Positions 49,627 to 60,186 of a stretch of 64,000 bases of DNA are shown here, one piece after another. Positions within the stretch are counted from its first letter, which is position 1; every line of letters begins with the position of its first letter. The notes under the pieces were generated by a model, which was given only the letters and a program-made list of their open reading frames with translations, made no database searches and was not told the DNA's origin. The stretch is from Phallusia mammillata (lineage: Eukaryota). The stretch is from positions 2,604,001-2,668,000 of the forward strand of contig OZ281501.1 of assembly GCA_965637545.1 (NCBI GenBank), in the 5' to 3' direction. The translations under genes were made by a program, and so were the position numbers.

Positions 49627-49827
49627 TTACTTGTTTCCAGCGTCAATTTGATCAGAACCTTGCGATATAGCTGGTTTCTTTTTGGTATCTGGTTGTGTAA
49701 AGGCTTGTTTTGTTGCATAAGCCAAAAGAGCTGCACTAAAAACAGTTAGTCCCATCAACGAGTACGACACACTCTTATGAACTCTATTCAAAAACAGCTC
49801 TTTACGTGCATCGGTCCACCAGGCCAT
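49627..49827 (-). CDS. COX14: COX14-like small single-TM mitochondrial complex IV assembly factor, 66 aa
   Basis: [19 protein letters not shown] aligns with human COX14 YKTFSTSMMLLTVYGGYL. One TM segment and a similar size. A strong 3' splice acceptor (TTTTGACTTTTGCACAG, AG at 49867-49866) lies upstream of the ATG. Confidence 0.65.
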   Translation of the reverse strand: MAWWTDARKELFLNRVHKSVSYSLMGLTVFSAALLAYATKQAFTQPDTKKKPAISQGSDQIDAGNK

Positions 49828-50374
49828 TACCCATATAGGCTGGTTTCAAAACTGTTAAATGTAATCTGTGCAAAAGTCAAAACAAACATGTCACACAACG
49901 AAACGACAGGGGTAACAAAAACTACGGGCACACTTAAATGACATAAAAATTAATAATTTTCAAATATAAAAGACAATAAAAAGAAATCACGTTAAATAAA
50001 ATTAAAGTATTTACTTTCGCAAACGCAAAGAACAAGGTCATGCTTCCAAATGTGCCGTTCCGCATGAAAAATTTCAGTGTACTTTAACAAGTCACGCAGA
50101 ATGACGCAATGTTAAAAAAATATTTTTAAAACCAAGTATCTGGTCTATTTGTTCAAAATAAAACATTCTCAATACTTGACAACTCAAAATATATTAAAAA
50201 CTGTGTTGAACAACACTTAAAAAAGAGCGTATTGATAGTACACTTCGGAAATAAAATTTGATTTTTATGAACAAAACAGGGATTTGTTTTGTTTACCACT
50301 GGAAATGCAAAAACGTGAAAGACTACGTTGGCTTAAAATTTATTTGCACTAAAGTTGTCATTAAAATACGCAAA
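49828..50374. promoter_or_regulatory. Putative bidirectional promoter, COX14-like/POLR1C versus UBE2G2
   Basis: Head-to-head ATGs about 550 bp apart. Confidence 0.5.
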
Positions 50375-52215
50375 ATGGTTGGTTCTGCGTTGAAGAGATT
50401 AATGGCGGAATACAAACGTAAGTTTTTGCTTTGTGTTTTTTTAAATTAATTCAAGTATAAATCACATTACATTTTACAATACAATGTGTTACTTTTGACA
50501 ACCATAGTTATAAGTTATTGAAGGTATATTTTCTGTTGTAATATTTAAGAACAAAGTAAAGATTGTTAATATTGAATACGGGTGGTGAATATTGTTTAGT
50601 ACTGTAGTGTCTGTTTAGAAAAACAAGTTGTGTATATATTATACACGTTATTAAATGTAGTTATATTTCCAGAACTGTCTTTGAATCCCCCAGAAGGAAT
50701 TGTCGCTGGGCCTGTAAATGAGGAAAATTTCTTTGAATGGGAAGCACTCATTCTGTGGGTATTTGTTAATCAAACATTGTTGATATGTAGCAGTGGTAAT
50801 ATTGGTTTTTATCATGTGAATGTATTATGTATAGTGGGCCAGCAGAAACCCCTTTTGATGGTGGAGTTTTCAAAACATCATTGCTTTTCCCTACTGACTA
50901 CCCAATGAGTCCACCAAAGATGAGGTTTATCTCAGATATGTTTCATCCAAATAGTGAGTATTTAATGCTGTGTCTAAAAATATTGTATTGAATGGTGTAT
51001 AATCAGTTGAGGCTTCATACAGAAATGGTGGGATATGACTTTTCAGTCTGTTACTCCCAACAAACTGGCGTGCCGTTAGATAGCTGCACTAGCCAATACA
51101 GCCCGTGTTCTATCACCAGCTGCACTGATGAGACTTTTTTTACTGCTATGGACAGATTTCGATCAAGTTGTTTATTTTCAGTTTACCCTGATGGTCGTGT
51201 TTGCATTTCAATTCTACATTCACCTGGGGATGATCCAATGGGTTACGAAACGAGTGCTGAAAGGTGGTCACCTGTACAGAGCATTGAGAAGATCCTTTTA
51301 TCAGTCATGAGCATGTTAGCAGGTAAGCATACCGTTTGGTTATTGCAAAAAATGCTTTGGGGTAGATTCCAGGAATATACAAAAACTTACCAAAATACAC
51401 AGTAGGAATAGTTGCTTGTCTTTTGTAGGGCTGTTACACTTTCTTTTACATTTATTTTTATTTGTATGTTTTTATTTTGGTGTATGATATTTCTACTCAC
51501 ATTGCGCGAAAATCACTGTCTTGTAAGCTCCCATCACTTAACCCAGGGGCGGGCAACCTTTGTTACTGTGGGGTCAATTGCAAATGTAAAAATTGGATTG
51601 CGGGCCGCACATGTGCATCACACAAAGTGATTTTGCTTTGTTTCTTACCAAATATGCTTAACTACAAGTATAATTCGTATTTGATTCTAGCCACATTTTT
51701 GCCAGATCGCAGAAAACTAGCATGAGGCGCATTGATCAGCTCAAAAATATGTAATAATTGGACTCGTTTGCCAGTACTTCTGAAATCCAAGCATCTCTGC
51801 GGGCCGCAGGTTGCCCACCCCTGACTTAACCCTTTATAATGCAGTGTAGCTAAATGCGCTGATTTAATAATAATCCATCAAATGTGTCCTTCACTGTTTT
51901 GCGCTCAATAATGTTTTAATGTTGTGCAGTTATATCCGGCTTGGTGATTGCTTTAGTGTAATTATGCCACTTTGTGTTCTTTCACCAAGCAACATAAACT
52001 CAATGTATTTGCTTGAAGAAATTACGTGTAATTTCTTTGCATTCTGACATTTTACTTTTGTATGTTTAATTGTTTATTTATCATGTTTAGAACCAAACCC
52101 TGAGTCCGGAGCGAATGTTGATGCTTCAAAAATGTGGAGAGATGACAGAGAACAATTTGACAAACAAGCTGAACGCTTGGTTCGGAAATCCCTCGATTTA
52201 CCACCTGATTTATGA
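50375..52215 (+). CDS. UBE2G2: Ubiquitin-conjugating enzyme E2 G2 (Ubc7, ERAD), 169 aa, 5 exons
   Basis: Exons 50375-50417, 50673-50754, 50835-50953, 51182-51322, 52091-52215 (510 nt). [66 protein letters not shown] and [18 protein letters not shown]. Confidence 0.96.
51544..51823. mobile_element. hAT/Charlie-like MITE, 280 bp (UBE2G2 intron 4)
   Basis: TIRs CAGGGGCGGGCAACC / GGTTGCCCACCCCTG; perfect 8-bp TSD ACTTAACC. Confidence 0.9.
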
Positions 52216-52323
52216 TGTCTGTGTTCAACAAATATCTTTATGGCATATTACAGGGGCCGATGAAATCACTGGAAGGAGAACCCTTTTTTATTTTATTGTT
52301 TAAATAGTAATTTTGTGTTGTGC

Positions 52324-52329
52324 AATAAA
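52324..52329 (+). terminator. Candidate poly(A) signal of UBE2G2
   Basis: AATAAA about 110 nt after the stop codon, followed by GT-rich sequence. Confidence 0.4.
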
Positions 52330-53458
52330 CTCTTGTAAATACTGTTAATGTTGCATTGTGGTCTATGTAGGGTTTGTTTTAATGGGGTAGTTATGCTCAA
52401 CATGTATATTAATTAATACCAATGCTTCTTAACCTGTGGTATGTGTACCACTACTGGTATGCCGGAACTGATATGCAAGTAGCTTTCTGCTATACCTTAT
52501 TCAAGTCATATCATGCAATGCAATATATCTGACCCACCTGGATAGCTCTAATTTTTGAAAAATCTTGAACATTTGTTGGAATTGCTAACCTTGCTCTTTT
52601 TAAAAAATATGCTGTCCTGGCCAAAACGAATATGCCTATCTCTTAATCTACCCATTTAAACAGGTTTTGGGTGGTGTGTATTGAATGAAAATGCGGCCAG
52701 GTGGTACACGATCAGTAAAAGGTTGTAAACCACTGCCTTATATGAATGCCATTACTACATTTCATTTCTGCATAAGTAAAGATTCTGAAGTCAAAGTCAG
52801 ACTCTTTAATAGACAAGCAGGTCTTAATGTGGATTCATTTTTTTCAAATGCTGTTGAGTCTTTGCTATTTTAGGCAAATCTGGGGTTTAAAACAGCAATA
52901 AATTCTGCAAATGCAACAATGAAAGGCTTTGCTATTGGTCAGTGCAAGATTTTTTTGACAGACTCTGGAACTATGATATAAGTTGTCAAATTCTAAGATG
53001 ATTAGTTTTTGCAAAGCAGTGCTTCATAAAAAAATACTGCTGGTCCACAGGAACTATTTAGTGGACCTTTAAATTGCACTTTATAAACTGCCTAAGTTTG
53101 TTCCAGTTGGAAACAATTACCCAAGATATTCTTTAATGACCATAACAAGCCAAATCATGTGAATGTGAATTTTTGGATGTTTTTGTACCTGGTTTTATTG
53201 ACTCACTAAATGATCAGGTTTTAAAAATATATGACAAAAACAACTAGTTTTAAGTCCAAATTGGTGGCTGCGAAAGAATAAAGCACTGCACTGCTAGTTA
53301 ACAATTCCTAAAATTGTCAATACTGTAATTCAGCTTGAAAGAAATTGTCCAGGATGTATGAAAATGTATTGGCACTTGAATTGATCTCTTGTCACAGTAA
53401 AATTATACTAAGGTAAAAAAATATTAAGTTTTAAAGGTAAAACAAATATAGGTTAACA

Positions 53459-56400
53459 CTATAAAGATGGTAGTTGGTTTCGTTGAGGGTCGGCCAGTCT
53501 GCAGAACACACAAGTACTGATTTCAAGTGGGTCATCACATTGTGCAATGGAAAAGGGTTTGCTGCATTTTTCACACTGCAAAAACACATTTTGGCTTAAA
53601 CAGTGCATTTATTGTTAAAAAAAAGTTTAGTCAATAAATAGGTTCAAAATGTCCACAGTTTGGCTAAATCATTATTTGCCAGTACAAAACCTTTATGCTG
53701 TGGAAAATGAAGGTACTAATATAGGTTGTAACAATGTTGTTTTTAATTTATTTTGAATTTAAGCTTCCAGCAGTGCACACTGTTTCAACATACAAGGTCT
53801 TATCAGTGCATCTCGTAACAAGATATTGGTCTGAAAACCCATGCCTCACCAAATCTGTTTGATGCCACAACTGGACATAAACCACAGAGAAATGTGAGGC
53901 ATGGGTTTTCAGCCTGTTCCATAGCTAGAATACCATAAGATGGCTACACTAGCCTATATGTCTTGTCACCAACTGCACTGATGAGACCTTGTATGTCAAA
54001 TCACTGCCCACTGTCTGCAGATTACTTATCATTTAATGCAGGGGTGTGCAACATTTGTCTTGGGTGGGCCATATGACCAATGTTGGACATCAAGCAAGGG
54101 CCATACAATTTTTTTCATGTACGCAATAAATTTGTAATTCTTGCAAAGCATCAATACATTTATTTTCTGAAACATACAGAGTTTTGCCGCAACACTGGCT
54201 TTCACACACAAAAAATTGTTTACTTGCAAAGAAAATTATTACGTCACATTCGGTAAAGTACTTTTAAAATGCTGTATGGCCAACCGGTTGAAAAATGCTG
54301 ATTTAGCTTATACTTGTTACGTATAGTGTAGCAACTTAAGAGATTTACCAAAAACTAGTGAAAAATTTTGCTGAATTACCAAAAGAATTGCATTTTTTCT
54401 CTGAATCAGTGTGTTGGCGAGGACCACACTAAATAGCTTGGCGAGCCTGATTGTGGCATTTGCACACCCCTGGTTTAATGGCTCTATGTTTTTATATGTC
54501 TAATTTGTTGTCATGATTCAACTGGTCTCTGTTTTTTGACAAGTAAATGTTAACTCATTTCCACCAGTTCTACCCTCCAATATTTTGTGGTCTATGAAGT
54601 TTTACTGTTGCAGAGCTATTCCCAGCTTAGTGCTTGTGTTTTTTAAACTTAGTTTTCATACCTGGACAATTTTTAAACCCATTGCTCTTCTGTTTTCGAT
54701 GACTGCTGGAATATGATCTGCTGCCTCAATGTTCCAAACTCTTATAGTTTTATCCTAAAATGAATAGTTAGTGAATGTGATTGTGATTCCTTCAAAACCA
54801 CCAACAACACCTACTCCAGATGAAGATAAAATCCATTTTCCATCCAAACTAATATCAACCCCTGTCACCCATCCATCATGACCCTTCACGAATTAAAAAA
54901 ATGATTAAAAACTTTACAGTTTAACTTGCTTGCATATGGTTTTTAGTGCTGTTTGTTTTTAGATACTGATGATGCCTTGTACTTAGGTGAAATATATATA
55001 TCGAAACATAAAAAATAGTGGATGGCTTCAGACTTGTTTTCAGTATGTTGCTTAAACTTATTGAATTAATGCAAAACAGACATAAAGCATTGTTTTGAAA
55101 ACTGATTTTTATAACAATACAACAATTTAACACGTGCTTTATTGTGTAAAATGTTGTCTTTGAAAGTTCTGTTCTGTATTTATTCAGTATGATACAAAAT
55201 CATGTATTTTAAAGGTCTGAATAAAAGTAAATTTATGTGTTTTTCACTCACCTTTAGAACAATTTTCTTGCTTTTCTTTTCTGTTTCCCACACTATGATG
55301 GAACTGTCGTAACCACCAGAAACAACACATTGTCCTAAAATTCAAAATAGGTTGGTGTAAGTACGTAAAATTACAGAAATATTCAACAAAACTGACCATC
55401 ACTTGAAAATTTACAGCAGCTGACGGATCCGTCATGACCTTTCGTTAAGTTAATCGCTCCCTGGGACCTTTAAATATTGTTTAGGTATTTTATTGCTTTG
55501 ATAAAACAGGTATGCTTTATAAGAGTCACATGATTTTCAAGTCTAAACCAGTTTTAGTAGATAGTACAAACATGTTGTAGTTTCCAATCCTGTCTGGCCA
55601 GTGTGTTTTTCTCTTAACCAGAATGACCTGATTAAGTTATCAACTTTCCACATCAAAAATTCAAATAAACAATGGTTTAATGGACTTGCCACAAATTGTT
55701 TTTTGTGAGCATAATGCTTTACCATGATAAAAACAAAACGAACTGTGGTAGCTACGCCCCACTGTGGTATTATTACTTGGTCACTAAACAAGCAATTAGT
55801 ACCAGCCTTTATTGCTCTTTACTGGGGTAATTAAAATATGATGTTGAGTAAAAAACAAGCAGGACTTGCAACTGAATGTTATGCAGCAATATTGGAATTT
55901 AAATCTGTCAAAGGGATACTAAAACAAAGTTTAAAGTCATGTTTGTTCAGATTTTGTATTAATTCAAAGAGTTTAAATTTAGACTTTTTATTAGTTGGGT
56001 TTGTTTAGGCTGATCCAATCAAGAAAATGAATAGAGTTAACAAACCGTAACAAGAACATGAAAATACCTGAACATTCCAGTGGAAATATCCCAGATTTGC
56101 AAAGTTTTATCCCATGATGTTGTGCCCAGGTAACGCTCATTGGATGAAAAACAACAACTGGACACAATGTTTTTGTGGCCACTAAAGAGACAAAACATTT
56201 ATTAAAAATTGTCCATTTGGTCGCAGCTCCTTTAGCTACTCATTAAACAAAAGAAACATAACAATTGTCAACAAAATGTCAAACAGCTTGTGTATACTAA
56301 ATTCATCTTATTACAGACATTTGCTGATGTCATCATCAAAGTGTGTTTTTATGTGTCTGTACAATGCACGGTTTAAGCTATTTTGTCACCTTGTGATTAT

Positions 56401-59400
56401 GAAGACAAGAGCATTTTTTTAACGTCTGCCTTTGCAATCTGGCAGTAGTTTTGAATCAATATACTTTTAAAAAACAGTCTTTATTTCCAGTTTCACCATT
56501 AAATTTACCCAAACTGCAAAACACAAACCTTAACTTCACAGTGACACGTTGTGATAACAAATCCCATATTTTTGTTGTCCGATCCATGCTGGTCGTTGCA
56601 ATGCGCTGTGAGTTTGGGGAAAACACACAACAGGTAGGAGTTGATTGATGGTGTTCTGAATACATAAAAAACAAGTGTCACAAATATTGAAATCAAGTTC
56701 ACTTGTTCAAATCTTTGTCATTCAGTGTATTTTATTGCAATAGATAAATAATAAGTACATACCATTTATTGTAAATAATAATGCACCCTATTTGTTCTTT
56801 TGAATGCCCAATGGCTAATGAAAACACAATAGTTTGACACAATTAAAAATGTACTTTAATCTTTGCTAATGTGTCGCCTGGTGTTGACCAAAAGTCAGAA
56901 GTAAAAAAGTCTGGTTGTTATCACAATTTCCTTCTTTTTTATGATGACTTAAAAGTCTAACCTTGATAATTACACCTTGAATACAAATGCCCAAACTATA
57001 AATTTACAACAGCTTCATGGAGTGTAAATATTCCTGAAGTATTATTTAGGATTAGCCTTTGTGTAACGACTTCTCATCATTTAGATATAAGGTCACAAAT
57101 CAATAAAAAGAAACTGAATAATATTTACCATGCAGTTCTTGCACAAGCGAACCATCCCTTAAATCCCAAACCTTGACTGCATTATCGAAATCTGATGCTG
57201 ACACTGCCAGCTTTCCATCGCTTGAAATATCACAATATGTAACAATTCCTTCATGTAATGCTTGCCAAGTTACTTTATCATTTTCCATGTCCCAAAGTTT
57301 AATTGACTTGTCCCAAGAACTCGAAAGCATTCTGAAATACAATGGTTTAAAATAGGTTAGTGTTAAAAAGATGAAACAAAAAATAAAGCATGCCATGTGT
57401 AACAGAATATTTTGTCTGTATTTAATAAAGCAAAACATTCTTTTTCATTTGCTACTTTTTTTCTTTTACATCTTTTACGATTGCCAAGTACTTTTACACA
57501 AGTACAAAAAAGTCAGATAAAAATCAGAAAAGGGATTGACAAAGCATTTAATTTTGTAGTGGCTGGAGTATTTCTGTGTGCACTTACTTATTTTTATCAT
57601 TTACACACATCGTAGCTCTTGTCACTGGCAACATGTGGCCCTGGTATGTATGCACAACTTTTCCACGATCAGTATTCTGTTGCGCAAAAAAGAACTTACA
57701 AGTCATCTATACTCAACACAGGTTTTTATTGGTTAAAAACAGGAATTTGCTAAATCTAAACCTTTTGTTTGTATTTTTTTAAACTTTATTTCATAACAAT
57801 AAACAGAGATATTTACGTGATGAATAACAAAAAACATAACATGGTTAAAAATGGCAATTTTTTATTGTTCAGGCACATTTAATACTACAAAAACCGCATT
57901 GTTGACCTATGGAGAAGCATGTTTATCATAGTCTTAATCAGGGGTCACCAAACTTTTTTCACTGCAGGCCGGATAAGTTTAATATTGATTTGTGCGGGCC
58001 GCATAATTTACATGCCCTAGCGCCATCTTTTCAAACTTAGCCGGAGAGGCGATTTTTATAGGGGCGACACGATATGGTCTTTCTACAATCCCATTTAAAA
58101 TCTGGTGATGCGTCTGTTAAACTGTGTAGTCATTAGTGATGGGACGATACCAGATTTTGAAGCGAGTACCACATGTATATACCTTCGATACCGAGTACGA
58201 TTACCAAGTACTTAAGTGTAGTGTTGTATTAGTTGTATATCACTAGCTAATTTATCTGCCATGCTCGGGGTAAAGGCGTGCACACACACATGCCGAAAAA
58301 TGTAATCACCACGTGATAGCGAAAAAGACGTACGTAAACTGGCGGGACTTTTTTCCAATTTTGTACTGTCCGAAGCAAATATTGGCCAAAAGTTGCCTGT
58401 ATTCTTATGGTGTAAATCGGCCTTCGGTACTCGCACATTGGTATCGAAAACTGAGACAAAATATTTCGATAACGAGTACGAGTATCGATACCACTGAAAT
58501 CGTTCGATACCATCGATACCGAGTACTCGTCCCATCACTAATAGTCATCATCTTGCCATAATCTTATGAGGTACGTCACAAGTAACAAAAGAAGGCAATT
58601 GTTTGCACACAATTAACTCTTGTAGTATTGTCTGTGATGTAAAAAACTGGCTTTGGATCAATTGTAGGCATTGTAATCCTATGAAACTAGGTAATATCCA
58701 GAGAGCCAGAAAACCCAGCTAAATCGTGCAATGCACCAGGTTCTGACCTCCATGTTCACTTCAGGAAAACCAGGCAGATAGCTCAAACTATCAAGGGATT
58801 GCACATCCAATACCTGAAAGATGTTTGTGCAATGAAAAGATGCATTCTGTTCAGACATTTTAACGGAAGCGTTTGGTCGTTGCGCTCAAGCAAAGGAATA
58901 CAATAACAGATCCGGCCCACGGGTCGTAGTTTGGTGACCCCTGGTCTTAATGGACAGGTCTGTGTTGTGTTTTAAACAATACTTTGGATTAATATTTTTA
59001 ACTTGAGTTTTAATGAAGCAAAACACTTGCCCAAAGTCGAACTGTTCCATCTTTTGATGAAGTTAAAATGTTTTTTCCATCACAGCAAAACTGGCAACTT
59101 GTAACTCCAGACTGGTGACCTCGAAAAACTTTAAAGGGAATCTAAACAAACACAATTTATAAATTAGTGATTCTCCTGGTCAGAAGTCAAATAGTTTTTA
59201 GTAAATAGCGAAACAAAAGCATAACGCTAATTCACATTGAACCAATTTTTCAATGTATTGGTAGTTGATGTATGATTTCAGATTTGCTGTGGAAGGTAAC
59301 CGCAAACAAACAACCACATAAAGTTCCGACTTACTAAAACTCAAACACTATTTAAAATTGTTCATTTAGTATCCCGAACCTACCTGTGAAAGGTTTTCAT

Positions 59401-59464
59401 TTTCCCACAAATCAGTTGGTGGGGATTCCACTATAGATTTGCTTGAAGCGGAAGATAAAACCAT
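53459..59464 (-). CDS. WDR88: WD repeat protein 88-like with C-terminal CxxC..CxxC motif, 385 aa, 11 exons
   Basis: Exons (minus): 59384-59464, 59031-59141, 57588-57676, 57129-57331, 56529-56655, 56068-56181, 55397-55467, 55252-55334, 54815-54883, 54662-54754, 53459-53575 (1158 nt). IPFKVFRGH, HHQSTPTCCVFSPNSQRIA, GHDGWV and CEKCSKPFSI..CVFCR match WDR88. Confidence 0.88.
53831..53912. repeat. Short inverted repeat (19-bp perfect arms), mini-MITE-like
   Basis: CTGAAAACCCATGCCTCAC ... GTGAGGCATGGGTTTTCAG with a 44-nt spacer. Confidence 0.75.
54039..54472. mobile_element. hAT-like MITE, 434 bp (WDR88 intron 10)
   Basis: TIRs CAGGGGTGTGCA / TGCACACCCCTG; TSD ATTTAATG/GTTTAATG (7/8 match). Confidence 0.8.
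54962..55002 (+). ncRNA. Minimal hammerhead-like motif of a second sequence family (WDR88 intron 8, antisense to the gene)
   Basis: GATA-CTGATGA-T-GCCT(TGTACTT)AGGT-GAA-ATATAT-A-TATC: 4-bp helix I, palindromic helix III and the same extra U after A9. Confidence 0.5.
57939..58943. mobile_element. hAT-like non-autonomous element, ~1 kb including a nested insertion (WDR88 intron 2)
   Basis: TIRs CAGGGGTCACCAAACT / AGTTTGGTGACCCCTG; perfect 8-bp TSD GTCTTAAT. Confidence 0.9.
58134..58540. mobile_element. Nested hAT-like MITE, 407 bp
   Basis: TIRs TAGTGATGGGACGA / TCGTCCCATCACTA; TSD GTAGTCAT/ATAGTCAT (7/8); subterminal GATACC/CGAGTA repeats. Confidence 0.85.
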
Positions 59465-60186
59465 ATCAATTAAAAGTTTAAAACGCCGATCTAATTTTTC
59501 AGCAACCAAGCAAATACAGCGGCTTAGCTGATAATGCAACTTTCCTTTAATTAAAAATGATGTCAAATTACAGTGTTTTTGCTATTCTTGCCACTTAATT
59601 GTTTAAACTTTTAGTCAATTCATTTAAAAGCACGTTTCATTTTTAAAACTTAAAAAGGGGATTTTGTGTCGTTATGGTGATAATAATTCGGATAAGCGCA
59701 CAATAAGTTTACGAGCTTTTATTTATTTTCTACAATAAGATTTTTGTTTGTATATATTTGTGTGTCGTATATGCATTAACTAAGACACTGTAACACTTTA
59801 TTAGATTCATTTTAAAATAAACCTAAATAATTCATGATTCTTCAAAAATTATCAAATTAAAAACTGTCAAAGATCGGTCTGACACACCAACGCAAAATAC
59901 AGTGGTGACGAAAGAAAACTCTCAACGCAGTGCATTGCGTTACGGTTAAAGATGGTTTCAAGCTTGAATGCGGTCAGGTCAAAAGTGCTGCTTTGACTTG
60001 CTTCCTAAACGCCTTCAGCACAACGACATAGCCTTTCTTTTCCGGCAACGGCGCGCCCATTGTAATACAAACGCAGCCTTCAGTAATGCAACACGCAGCA
60101 GCCCAAGTCAGGTATTACTGTAGCGCCGAACAGGCTGCAAAAATGCTGTAAATCGCATTTATTGATTAGTATAGCGAGAAATAGTT
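59465..60186. promoter_or_regulatory. Putative bidirectional promoter, WDR88 / SLC16
   Basis: Head-to-head ATGs about 720 bp apart, with a CpG-rich segment near 59880-60180. Confidence 0.45.

Noticed and set aside
49626-49736. ORF-track extension of POLR1C from GTG 49736 (383 aa)
   Set aside because: Homology begins at MYHIEEM (49625). The extension overlaps the COX14-like CDS and is kept only as a hypothesis in the findings.
49748-49756. UGGGA (TURBS-like motif) in the COX14-like CDS
   Set aside because: About 125 nt upstream of the stop, farther than typical calicivirus TURBS spacing; a 5-mer is uninformative.
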